Shown: positions 29,546 to 38,812 of the stretch, piece by piece
Layout of the letters: every line of letters begins with the position of its first letter
How positions within the stretch are numbered: position 1 is the stretch's first letter
Source: Bacteroidota bacterium
GTDB lineage: Bacteria > Bacteroidota > Bacteroidia > Bacteroidales > VadinHA17
Reading direction: 5' to 3'
DNA length: 54,445 nt
Assembly: GCA_030618105.1 (NCBI GenBank)
Contig: JAUXED010000003.1
Location: 1-54,445 of the forward strand
Position numbers and translations under genes: made by a program
The notes under the pieces: model-generated
The model's database searches: none
Told to the model about the DNA's origin: nothing
What the model saw: the letters and a program-made list of their open reading frames with translations, nothing else

Positions 29546-30703
29546 ATGAAAGAAATAGCTGTTATAGGAATTGGAATAACAAAATTTGGTGAACTATGGG
29601 AAAAATCTCTTAGAGATATTGCCGTAGAAAGTGCAATAAATTGTCTTGAAGATGCAGGAACCGACCGGATTGATTCAATCAACATTGGCTGTATGTCGAG
29701 TGGTTTATTTATTGGTCAGGAACATCTGGCGAGTCTGATTGCCGACTATTTAGGAAGATTGGATATTCCGTCATCACGTGTTGAGTCTGCTTGTGCTTCC
29801 GGAGGTCTTGCTGTTCGTAACGCCTGCATGGAAATTGCTACGGGAGTTTCTGATTATGCATTAGCTATTGGAGTGGAAAAAATGACTGATGTGAGTATAG
29901 GAAAAGCAACTTATGCATTAGCAACTGTAGCCGATCAGGATTATGAAGCATTTCATGGAATTACATTTCCCGGATTATATGCAATGCTTGCAAGAGCCCA
30001 CATGGAACGTTATGGAACCACAAGAGAACAACTTGCGCAGGTTTCTGTAAAAAACCATTATAATGGTTCAATGAATCCAAATGCTCAGTTTCCTTTCAAA
30101 ATTACACGGGATACGGTTCTGAATTCAACCATGATCGCTGATCCTTTACGTTTATTGGATTGCTCACCGGTTACTGATGGTGCTGCCGCAGTTTTACTAA
30201 CAACAGTTGAAGAAGCAAAAAAGCTGAAAAAGCATCCACTGGTCGTAATAAGTGGTTTTGGCAGTGCTGCTGATGCAATTGCTCTTTGCCATCGTAAGGA
30301 ACTAACCGAATTAATGGCTGTTAAGAAATCTGTTGCCAAAGCATTGAAAATGGCAGGAAAAACAATTGATGATATTGATTTTGCCGAGGTGCACGATTGT
30401 TTTACAATTGCTGAAATCCTGGTATTGGAATCAATGGGTGTAATTGGTCCGGGGAAAGGTGGACCTGCAACAGTTGATGGTTATACTGCACTGGATGGAA
30501 AATTCCCTGTTAATCCATCAGGCGGATTAAAGTCGAAAGGACATCCTGTTGGAGCTACAGGGGTTGCCCAGATTTTTGAATTAGTAAATCAATTAAGAGG
30601 CAATAGCGGAAAACGTCAGATTCCAGGAGTAAAAACCGGTCTTGCCCAAAATATGGGAGGATCAGGTGGAAGCAGTGTATGTCATATATTAGAAGCAAAA
30701 TAA
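29546..30703 (+). CDS. Archaeal-type acetyl-CoA acetyltransferase (thiolase)
   Basis: 385 aa. VESACASGG (nucleophilic Cys), [21 protein letters not shown]. Confidence 0.85.
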   Translation: MKEIAVIGIGITKFGELWEKSLRDIAVESAINCLEDAGTDRIDSINIGCMSSGLFIGQEHLASLIADYLGRLDIPSSRVESACASGGLAVRNACMEIATGVSDYALAIGVEKMTDVSIGKATYALATVADQDYEAFHGITFPGLYAMLARAHMERYGTTREQLAQVSVKNHYNGSMNPNAQFPFKITRDTVLNSTMIADPLRLLDCSPVTDGAAAVLLTTVEEAKKLKKHPLVVISGFGSAADAIALCHRKELTELMAVKKSVAKALKMAGKTIDDIDFAEVHDCFTIAEILVLESMGVIGPGKGGPATVDGYTALDGKFPVNPSGGLKSKGHPVGATGVAQIFELVNQLRGNSGKRQIPGVKTGLAQNMGGSGGSSVCHILEAK

Positions 30704-30739
30704 GTAATAAAAGCGTTATTAATTGAAAACTAACATATT

Positions 30740-31138
30740 ATGAATGTTCCAAGACACTGGAGAGAAACGCCTGAACGTTACAGGATGGAAGCTGCAAAAT
30801 GCAGGAAATGTGGAAAAATTTCATTTCCTGCCAGACTGATCTGCCCTGCATGTAGTAACAAGGTGTTTGATAAAACTAACCTCTCGGGTAAAGGTAAACT
30901 CTTAACCTATACAATTATTCGAACTGCTCCTGAAGGATTTGAAGATATTGTCCCATATGCTGTTGGTATTGTTGAAATGGAAGAGGGAGTCAGGGTTATG
31001 GGGCAGATAACCGATTGTGATCTGGCGAATTTGAAAACCGGAGATAAGCTGATTTCCAAGTTCAGAAGAATGAACGAGGAAGGAAAAACAGGACTTATAA
31101 TGTATTCATACAAGTTCGTTCCAGATGTTGGTATCTAA
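30740..31138 (+). CDS. DUF35 OB-fold/zinc-ribbon protein (scaffold of the thiolase/HMGCS complex)
   Basis: 132 aa. Zinc ribbon CRKCGK...CPACS followed by an OB-fold-like region. Third gene of the trio. Confidence 0.85.
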   Translation: MNVPRHWRETPERYRMEAAKCRKCGKISFPARLICPACSNKVFDKTNLSGKGKLLTYTIIRTAPEGFEDIVPYAVGIVEMEEGVRVMGQITDCDLANLKTGDKLISKFRRMNEEGKTGLIMYSYKFVPDVGI

Positions 31139-31169
31139 AAAAATGTTTTAATGAATAACACAATAATAA

Positions 31170-31883
31170 TCAGGTTCTTGTTAAGGAATAACCTGCTAAT
31201 TGAATAGATTTGACTGCCAGGATTTTCAGAGGATTAATCAGGGGAACTTCAACATGAGATTGTTTCACTACAAGGGCAATTTCTGAACATCCGCATATAA
31301 TTGCCCGGGCTCCTTTTTCTACAAGGTTTTCAACTGTTTGCAACAGGATTTTCAGGGGTTCGGTTTTAAAACCTGCTTTTATTCCTTGTTTACCATAAAT
31401 TGCGGTCATATTCTGCCGTTGATAATCGATATCCGGATCAATGATCCCGAGATCAATATCGTCAAATACATTTTTATAGATGCCTGTTTCATAAGTTCCC
31501 GAGGTGGAAAGCAGTCCATACCTTTTTATTTCAGGATATTTGTGCAAAACATACAGGGCGGTCTCTTTTATCATGTCAATAATCGGCACATGTATCTTTT
31601 CTTCAATCTGCTTAATAAAAAAATGGGCTGTATTGCATGGTATAAGTATAATGTCAGCCCCCATTTGTTCCAGCTTCAAAGTTCCTTCGACCAGCATATT
31701 AATTGGCGAAGGACCTTTACCCAGAATATGCAAAGAGCGGTCAGGAATTTTTGGATTATTAACAATTATCACAGGGATATGATCCTGGTCATTATCTGCT
31801 TTCGTATTTTTTATGATCAAACTGAATAATTCAGATGTCGCCTCAGGTCCCATTCCTCCAAGAATACCGATTTGTTTTTTCAT
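31170..31883 (-). CDS. Aspartate/glutamate racemase-family protein
   Basis: 237 aa. ILGGMGPEAT, IPCNTAH and ICGCSEI, the two catalytic Cys regions. Confidence 0.8.
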   Translation of the reverse strand: MKKQIGILGGMGPEATSELFSLIIKNTKADNDQDHIPVIIVNNPKIPDRSLHILGKGPSPINMLVEGTLKLEQMGADIILIPCNTAHFFIKQIEEKIHVPIIDMIKETALYVLHKYPEIKRYGLLSTSGTYETGIYKNVFDDIDLGIIDPDIDYQRQNMTAIYGKQGIKAGFKTEPLKILLQTVENLVEKGARAIICGCSEIALVVKQSHVEVPLINPLKILAVKSIQLAGYSLTRT

Positions 31884-31889
31884 TAGTGG

Positions 31890-33014
31890 TTATTTTGAAG
31901 GTGCCCGGTTATATTTCTTCATTATCTTCATGACTTTTACAACCGGTAACGCTTCTATTTTGCGGTCTTTAAAGCCGGTTGTTGTTTTAGCAGTGAACAG
32001 GGAATTAAGTATTGCTTCTTCAGTTGCTTCAATAACTGCCAGGAACAGCGATGACATCTGGTCGTTTCTGAGAGTTTTTATTGAATGCACCATCGAATCT
32101 GATCTGTGAGGAATTATATTTACGGTGGAGAATGCGATAACATAGTCACCACTTCCATTGGAGGATATTCCTCCTGTATGTGCCAGTCCGAGCATTGATC
32201 TTTTTGCCAGTCGTAAAAGGTTCCTTGAGTCAAGCGGAGCATCTGTTGCAACGATGATCATACATGAGCCATCCGCCTGTTTCAGGTTATCAGCAAGGTA
32301 ATACTGATTAAGCTCCTCTCCTACTGGTACTCCATCGATTTGCAGTATTCCCCCAAAATTAGTCTGAACAAGAACCCCAACCGTGTAACTATTCATATTT
32401 GCAGGCAGTTTTCTTGAAGAGGTACCAATTCCACCCTTATATCCAAAACAAACAGTTCCCGTTCCGGCACCAATTGATCCCTGCAAAACTTTATTTGAAG
32501 ACGCATTTTCAATTGCTGCAATGACATGTCTCTTTTTTATATGTAATCCCCTGATATCATTTAGATAACCATCGTTAGTCTCTCCCACTACAGGATTTAC
32601 AGATCTGATATTTTCGTTCTTTTTCAGACTGTATTCTATCAATGCTTCCGCTGCCACAGGTACACTTAATGTATTGGTTAAGATAATCGGTGTTTCAATA
32701 TTACCAAGTTCCTGAATCTGAGTGCTACCTGTTAGTTTTCCAAAACCATTTGCAACATAAACAGCAGCAGGAACTTTCTCCATAAAAATATTACCTGGGT
32801 GTGGAATAATTGCTGTCACACCTGTCCTGATATTTTTGTCTTTGTTTAGTGTAAAATGCCCAATCAAAACGCCCGAAACATCGGTAATTGAATTATCCTG
32901 ACCCGGAGGAAGGACGCCAATGGAAAATCCATAATCTCTGAAAGTCATACATTGAGGAGTTACATTATTAACGGAACATGTCAGGAGCAGAAGAAGTGAA
33001 ATAATACTTTTCAT
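31890..33014 (-). CDS. DmpA/S58-family (P1) aminopeptidase, exported
   Basis: 374 aa with a signal peptide. ITDVSGVLIGH, GETNDGYLND, GAGTGTVCFGYKGGIGTSS. Confidence 0.85.
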   Translation of the reverse strand: MKSIISLLLLLTCSVNNVTPQCMTFRDYGFSIGVLPPGQDNSITDVSGVLIGHFTLNKDKNIRTGVTAIIPHPGNIFMEKVPAAVYVANGFGKLTGSTQIQELGNIETPIILTNTLSVPVAAEALIEYSLKKNENIRSVNPVVGETNDGYLNDIRGLHIKKRHVIAAIENASSNKVLQGSIGAGTGTVCFGYKGGIGTSSRKLPANMNSYTVGVLVQTNFGGILQIDGVPVGEELNQYYLADNLKQADGSCMIIVATDAPLDSRNLLRLAKRSMLGLAHTGGISSNGSGDYVIAFSTVNIIPHRSDSMVHSIKTLRNDQMSSLFLAVIEATEEAILNSLFTAKTTTGFKDRKIEALPVVKVMKIMKKYNRAPSK

Positions 33015-33071
33015 CTGTTTAAGATAAATAATTAATCAGTTAAAGAAAAATTCAATTCCTGGGAATCTGCA

Positions 33072-33431
33072 CTAATAGAGGTGTTCATCCCTCATAATCA
33101 GAGCATAATAATCATCATCCAGAATTTTATATCCTTGCTCATAGCAGAAATAACACACCTCTCCGTTTTTTATAGTATAGGTATTTGTATGAAATTGAAA
33201 ATTGTACCCCAGAACTATCAGTTGATCTTTATGAACTTTTGTATTACCGTCAGGATTCAGATCAGCAAGTATTCTTCTGTTTTTACGAAGGATATTATGA
33301 ACATTACGAATAAAATTAATATCATCCCTGTTCATCTCATTATGGTAACTGTTCCGGCACTGATCTGAACAGAATTTCTTATCCGATCGACCTCTCAGGG
33401 GTTCATTACATTCAAGACATCTCCGTTCCAT
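33072..33431 (-). CDS. Zinc-ribbon hypothetical protein
   Basis: About 119 aa from MERRCLECNEPL...FCSDQCRN (Cys4). The ORF-track N-terminal extension to 33482 looks spurious. Confidence 0.5.
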   Translation of the reverse strand: MERRCLECNEPLRGRSDKKFCSDQCRNSYHNEMNRDDINFIRNVHNILRKNRRILADLNPDGNTKVHKDQLIVLGYNFQFHTNTYTIKNGEVCYFCYEQGYKILDDDYYALIMRDEHLY

Positions 33432-33595
33432 AACAATTAAAGTTTTCTTAAAAATACAAAATAAACCTGTTATATACGACATTAAACGTTTACAAACGAC
33501 TATAAACGTTTAATAACCGAATACGGTCGTGTTGATGTTGTTAATTTGATCATGATAAAAACAATTTATTTATTAACATCAAAATTTTTAAAATC

Positions 33596-33940
33596 ATGCA
33601 AAACTTAAAAAACAAAGTTAATCTTATCGGAAACCTGGGAATGGATCCTGAAGTTAAGAAATTGGAAAACGGCAGTTCCCTTGCCAAATTTTCACTTGCC
33701 ACATCAGACAGTTATAAAAACAAAGATGGCGAAAAAGTTAAAGAAACCCAATGGCATAATCTTGTTGCGTGGGGACCTAAAGCAGAATTTGTAGAAAAGT
33801 ACCTTAAGAAAGGTCAGGAAATAGCTGTTGAAGGAAAATTGACACACAGGTCATATGAAAACAAGGAAGGGAAAAAGCAGTATATCACTGAAGTTGTTGT
33901 AAATGAGGTGCAAATGCTGCGTTCACCGAACAATGCATAG
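33596..33940 (+). CDS. ssb: Single-stranded DNA-binding protein, short form without acidic tail
   Basis: 114-aa OB fold (NKVNLIGNLGMDPEV...TQWHNLVAWG...VEGKLTHRSYE). Ends in RSPNNA with no acidic C-terminal tip. Confidence 0.85.
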   Translation: MQNLKNKVNLIGNLGMDPEVKKLENGSSLAKFSLATSDSYKNKDGEKVKETQWHNLVAWGPKAEFVEKYLKKGQEIAVEGKLTHRSYENKEGKKQYITEVVVNEVQMLRSPNNA

Positions 33941-33963
33941 CAACATTGTAATTATTATCAAAT

Positions 33964-33993
33964 GTCGGAACCTGACAGGTTCCGGCATTTTTT
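33964..33993 (+). terminator. Rho-independent terminator of ssb
   Basis: cggaacc/ggttccg stem with loop tgaca, followed by gcatttttt. Confidence 0.8.
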
Positions 33994-34094
33994 ATTAGGC
34001 GGGCAGTTCAAAGCAGCCCCCTATAATTAAAAAATTAGCTTAATCTTTAGCTTTGTCTTCAAATTGCCAATTGCTAATTACAAACTGCCAACTT

Positions 34095-36425
34095 TTATTC
34101 AAGTCGCTTGTTAAGTTCGTTGAACAGATGGGAAAAATTATCCCTGGTTTCTTCATCCAGGTCACCCCATTTCAATTTTGAATCCTTAACCTCGCGCATA
34201 AAATTTGATGCAAGAATTGAGCGTGACAAATTATTAGAACTAATATACTCTGAATTTGATTCGGGAATCCCTATTCGTTTATGAAGAATATATTTCTTAA
34301 AGTCGATAGTAGAAAACATATCTTCAATACTTTTGAAATGGTCGAGTTGGATAAGCTTTTTATTTGCCTGGTCTTCATTATTGGCAAAAAGATGTTTAGT
34401 AAGATCATGCTTCAAATCATCACCTTCTTTATTTGCTCCTGTAAGTACCAGGAAATCAATTCCCCAACCAAGTAACATATTAACAAGGCTACTGATATTT
34501 GATACTCCTGTAGCAGGCAGGTAAAAAACCTGTTTTTCAAAACTTTTCATGTCGGTAAGAGCTTTCATATAATAGAAAGTAGTAATATCTTCAAGAATAA
34601 TATTGTTTTTTTTCTGGATAAACTTTTGTTCAGACAGTCTTATTCCCATTAATGAATAAATAGGCGACAATGTATCTGTTGAAGCTGTAGTAAGTGATTT
34701 TGCATCAAATATTTTAGTTTCGCTTAACTCATCCTCTTCAACAGCTCGCTGAACGGCAAGCAGCCTGTACAATTTATTTAAATCGATAAGATGAGGGGAA
34801 TGGGTTGTATAAATAATCTGGACTTTTTCTTTAATATTATCGAATACTTTCAATACATCTTCCTGAGCCCTGGCATGGAGACTTACTCCGGGTTCATCAA
34901 TCAGGATTACAATATCGTTTCCATTTTTGGCTAAAGCTGCTGCCTGTAATTCAAGGTAAAATGATAGAAACCAACGTACACCCCTGCTTCTTTGTTTTGG
35001 ATAAAGACGTTCTTCCCTGTCTTTTATCCAGAATTCAATATATGGCAGTCCGCTTTTATCCGGGTTGGTATTATCATAATGTTCAAGCTCAAAATTGATT
35101 TTTATTTTATTATGCTTACCAATACTTTGACGCCAGTAATCCTGGAAATTTATTGTTATCTCTTTATTTAACTTTTCAATTTTTTGTTTCAGGATACGGT
35201 TGTTGGTTTGTTGAAAGAAGTCTTCATCAAGACCAGATACCAGGAGAAAGCTTCTGGCTGCTTTATAGCCTTCAATATTGGTGTTTTCTGTATGAATATC
35301 ATGCAGATCGATACGATCAGGAAGAAGACTTAAGAAATCTTCGAAAAATATGAATTCGGGAACATAGTTAAAAAGTTTTCTTCCTGCTTCTTCCAGAGAA
35401 TAGTATTTATCGATATGAGGTTTCTCTTTCTTGACTTCATTCAAAACCTCATCAATACTATTCCCGGACAGAACTTTGAAAGCAACCATTTTCTTACGGA
35501 TTGCATCTTCTTTACTCCGTTCATACTCACGTAGTATTCTAACATAAGTTTCGTTACTTGAATCAAGCTGAGTTCGTGAAGCCCTGCGCTCCTTTTCATT
35601 ATATGATATATCAAAAATACGCTGGCATTTTTGAAGTTCTTTATACGAATTCTCAAGTTCTTTTTTGTTTATCAGGAATTTCTTTTTTGCCTGGATACTC
35701 TTACGGGCTAAATCTGCATTTTCTGAAAGTTTGCGAGCTTCAGAAACTTTTATTTCAGCATCTTTTCCTGCTGCCACATGATTATTCCTGCATTCTTCCA
35801 GATATTTTTTTGCACCGGTTAAATTATCTTTTATTACTTCCTTACTTTTATCATCTTTTATTGATTTGATTTTTTTCTGCATCTGGGTTATCTTTTCCCT
35901 GGCAGCTTCAAGTTCCTGGTGTTTTTCTTCTTTTTCAAAAAAAGCTTTTTCTGCTGTTCTGACAGCATTATCATGTTCATTAATAGCTTCTTCTATTCTT
36001 TCTCTGATATTTATTTCTTCTTTCTCTCTTTTATCATAAAACCTTTTATATATCTTCAGAATTTCATCTTCAGCCAGCTCAATATGACTTGTTATATCTT
36101 CCGCCCATGATCTCTTGAGAAAAATGATTTCTTTTTTCTTAATTTCATCAATCACTCCACCCGGTAGTATTTTCTCATTCAATTCTTTTTCAACATCAAC
36201 CTTTACAATCTCGAAAATGCAATGCACACAAGGCAAGCTAAGATCACTACGCAAAATATCTTCAGATATAGTACCGGTATAAAAGCTGTTAAGGGCTTCC
36301 AGTATTGAAGTTTTGCCTGATTCATTCTGGCCAATTAATCCGGTAATATTATCCGGTGACAGATAAGTCCAGCCTGTATCAATAATTGACCGGAAGTTTT
36401 GTATTCTAAACCCAGTTAATTTCAT
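34095..36425 (-). CDS. SMC-like ABC ATPase with long coiled-coil insert and TOPRIM/DUF4435-like C-terminal region
   Basis: 776 aa. N-terminus MKLTGFRIQNFRSI. Walker A GQNESGKTS. About 200 aa of Lys/Glu-rich heptad-like insert. Signature-like RSRGVRWFLSF. Walker B VILIDEPGVSLH. H-loop TTHSP. C-terminal NIILEDITTFYY ... IDFLVLTGANKEGDD. Confidence 0.8.
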   Translation of the reverse strand: MKLTGFRIQNFRSIIDTGWTYLSPDNITGLIGQNESGKTSILEALNSFYTGTISEDILRSDLSLPCVHCIFEIVKVDVEKELNEKILPGGVIDEIKKKEIIFLKRSWAEDITSHIELAEDEILKIYKRFYDKREKEEINIRERIEEAINEHDNAVRTAEKAFFEKEEKHQELEAAREKITQMQKKIKSIKDDKSKEVIKDNLTGAKKYLEECRNNHVAAGKDAEIKVSEARKLSENADLARKSIQAKKKFLINKKELENSYKELQKCQRIFDISYNEKERRASRTQLDSSNETYVRILREYERSKEDAIRKKMVAFKVLSGNSIDEVLNEVKKEKPHIDKYYSLEEAGRKLFNYVPEFIFFEDFLSLLPDRIDLHDIHTENTNIEGYKAARSFLLVSGLDEDFFQQTNNRILKQKIEKLNKEITINFQDYWRQSIGKHNKIKINFELEHYDNTNPDKSGLPYIEFWIKDREERLYPKQRSRGVRWFLSFYLELQAAALAKNGNDIVILIDEPGVSLHARAQEDVLKVFDNIKEKVQIIYTTHSPHLIDLNKLYRLLAVQRAVEEDELSETKIFDAKSLTTASTDTLSPIYSLMGIRLSEQKFIQKKNNIILEDITTFYYMKALTDMKSFEKQVFYLPATGVSNISSLVNMLLGWGIDFLVLTGANKEGDDLKHDLTKHLFANNEDQANKKLIQLDHFKSIEDMFSTIDFKKYILHKRIGIPESNSEYISSNNLSRSILASNFMREVKDSKLKWGDLDEETRDNFSHLFNELNKRLE

Positions 36426-36462
36426 ATGTTTATAATTTATTTTTTAATGGTCATATAACCTG

Positions 36463-36674
36463 TCCCGACATTGTCGGGATAGCTCACATGACAAAATTTA
36501 ATCATCCCACTGTGTGCCAAAATAGTCGGCAATCTTCAGTCGGCAGTCAGCAATCTGAAGACCACGGTATATACTTTTCAGTCCCGATTTATCAGGAATA
36601 TGATTAAGTATGTGTTTTATTTGTTTGATTATTATTTGCTTTTTTGCCGACTGTGGACTGTGGACTGCCGACTG
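36463..36674. repeat. Hairpin plus inverted GTCGGCA-type oligomer arrays
   Basis: tcccgacattgtcggga (36463-36479). agtcggcaatcttcagtcggcagtcagc (36524-36551) faces gccgactgtggactgtggactgccgactg (36646-36674) in inverted orientation. Confidence 0.7.
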
Positions 36675-36685
36675 ATTAGTTACAA

Positions 36686-37510
36686 TTAATCTATTCTAAC
36701 GCCTATAACAAGAACATCATCTACCTGCTCAAAATCCATTTTCCAGTCACTAAAAGATGATTCAAGTATTCCTTTCTGTTCCTTCATGTTTTTTTTATGG
36801 ATTTCAAGCAATAGATTCTTAAATGGTTTGTATTTGAATTTTTTTTCCTTCGGGCCTCCGAACTGATCGGGAAAACCATCGGTGAAGATGTATAAGACAT
36901 CTCCTTTTTTCATTTTTACAACGTTATTTTTGAATGACTTCTCCTCGATACCACTTACCCCGATAGGCATTTTGTCCGGTTTTATTTCATATAAAATATT
37001 CTGGCGGATATAATATAGCGGGTTATTTGCACCGGAGTATTGTAACTCTTTTGTTTTTCTGTTATAGATGCAGAAAGCAATATCCATTCCATCTTTCGAT
37101 TCACCTCCCCGACCTGTTTGATGCAATGATTTCATGATCTTTTCCCTCAATTGATTAAGTATTCTGTTTGCTTTATGATTATCTGCTTCACTTACAATTT
37201 CATTAAGTGAAGTAATACCTAAAATACTCATCAATGCACCAGGTACACCGTGCCCGGTGCAATCAACTGCTGCAAACAAAATATTTTCTTCCTGTTCGGA
37301 AATCCAGTAAAAATCACCACTAATTATATCTTTTGGAAGATAAAGAATAAAGTTATTGTGTAAAGATTTGCGGATTGATGATAGTTGAGGTAATAAAGCA
37401 GTCTGAATAAGACGGGCATATTCAAGACTTTCAATTATTTCTTTTTTTTGTCTTGAAATTTCATCCTTTTGCTTCAGCAACTTCTGATATAACTTATTGT
37501 CCTGTGACAT
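36686..37510 (-). CDS. PP2C/SpoIIE-family serine phosphatase
   Basis: SGDFYW, AVDCTGHGVPGALMS, FTDGFPDQFGG. I place the start at MSQDNK (37510); the ORF-track start is 37591. Confidence 0.85.
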   Translation of the reverse strand: MSQDNKLYQKLLKQKDEISRQKKEIIESLEYARLIQTALLPQLSSIRKSLHNNFILYLPKDIISGDFYWISEQEENILFAAVDCTGHGVPGALMSILGITSLNEIVSEADNHKANRILNQLREKIMKSLHQTGRGGESKDGMDIAFCIYNRKTKELQYSGANNPLYYIRQNILYEIKPDKMPIGVSGIEEKSFKNNVVKMKKGDVLYIFTDGFPDQFGGPKEKKFKYKPFKNLLLEIHKKNMKEQKGILESSFSDWKMDFEQVDDVLVIGVRID

Positions 37511-37667
37511 GAAAATGGTGGATTTCTTGAATTTTGACAGGTCACAATATACAAAAAAATGAATTAAAATGAGACTAGCGAAAGACTTCAATTAATAGAA
37601 AAATTATCTATTATTATAATTATCTCATGGCTCATAATTATAGTTCAGGATAATGTGTAGTTATTTT

Positions 37668-37777
37668 GGAACATTGGAATATTGGAATATTGGAATGTTG
37701 GCATAATATAACATAAGTTTAAACCCTCAATTTTTTCTTCTTCCCATCATTCCACTATTCCATATTTCCATCATTCC
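37668..37777. repeat. Inverted GGAATAT-type heptamer arrays
   Basis: ggaacattggaatattggaatattggaatgttgg (37668-37701) faces cccatcattccactattccatatttccatcattcc (37743-37777). Together they can form a long imperfect hairpin. Confidence 0.7.
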
Positions 37778-37845
37778 TTGATTATATTAGTAAAGCGCCC
37801 TATGGGTTCAATTCAAAGCCACCTTCTTAGAGGGGGGATATTTAC

Positions 37846-38811
37846 TTAATTAATAACCGTTGGATTCACAACAAATTCAGGAGTTTTGCCTTCAAAGAAA
37901 TCTACAATATTTTGCGATGCTGCAATACCAATGTTAATTCTTGTTTCCGTTGTGCCGGTACCAATATGGGGGACTAAAACAACATTATCCATTTGAAGTA
38001 GCTCCTGGCTGATTTCGGGTTCATTTTCAAAAACATCCAATCCTGCTCCACCAAGTTTCCCTGTTTCCAAAGCTTTTACCATGGCGTTTTCATCAATAAC
38101 CGGGCCTCGTGCAGTATTAATTAAAAATGCACCATTTTTCATCTGGTTGAATTCGGTCTCTCCGATAAGGTGCTTGGTTTCCGGAGTTAACGGAGTATGA
38201 ACAGAAATTACATCAGAAATTTCAAGGAGTTCAGCAAGAGAGATCCGGGTGGCTTCCAACTCTTTCTCTACAGAAGCATCCAATTTATTGCGGTTATGAT
38301 AACATATTTGCATACCAAATGCTAATGCTCTTCCGGCCACCGACCTGCCAATTTTACCCATACCAATAATGCCAAGCATTTTCCCGGAAAGGGTGTTCCC
38401 CAGATTCTTCATGATACCCCATTCAAGAGGAGGCTGTATGCGCAATTTTCGATCATTTTCAGATATTCTGCGCATAACAGAAAGCATCAAACCAAGAGTC
38501 AGTTCAGCTGTGGGTTCAGTCACAGCATCAGGCGTATTTGTAACTAAAATTCCCATTTCAACGGCAAGGGGTAAATTTATATTATCAACCCCGGCACCAT
38601 AATTTGAGATTATTTTCAGGTTTTTTCCACTTTTTATGACTGAATCGGGGAAAGGCTTTCCAAAAACAGTTATTACAGCATCAAATTCATGAATTATTTG
38701 TAGCATATCTTTCTCTGTCAGAATTTCCTTCTCAGGGTAAAATACATCATACTTTTCAAATAGAATTTGTAAACCTTCTTTTGGCAGTTGATATGTGATC
38801 AGGACTTTCAT
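37846..38811 (-). CDS. D-isomer-specific 2-hydroxyacid dehydrogenase (glycerate/glyoxylate reductase-like)
   Basis: 321 aa. NAD-binding site GIIGMGKIGRSVA. Catalytic region NTARG...LDVFENEP...PHIG. Confidence 0.9.
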   Translation of the reverse strand: MKVLITYQLPKEGLQILFEKYDVFYPEKEILTEKDMLQIIHEFDAVITVFGKPFPDSVIKSGKNLKIISNYGAGVDNINLPLAVEMGILVTNTPDAVTEPTAELTLGLMLSVMRRISENDRKLRIQPPLEWGIMKNLGNTLSGKMLGIIGMGKIGRSVAGRALAFGMQICYHNRNKLDASVEKELEATRISLAELLEISDVISVHTPLTPETKHLIGETEFNQMKNGAFLINTARGPVIDENAMVKALETGKLGGAGLDVFENEPEISQELLQMDNVVLVPHIGTGTTETRINIGIAASQNIVDFFEGKTPEFVVNPTVIN

Positions 38812-38812
38812 T

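Noticed and set aside
31338-32109. Plus-strand ORFs (163, 92 and 98 aa) antisense to the racemase and DmpA genes
   Set aside because: They overlap well-supported minus-strand genes and have no motifs.
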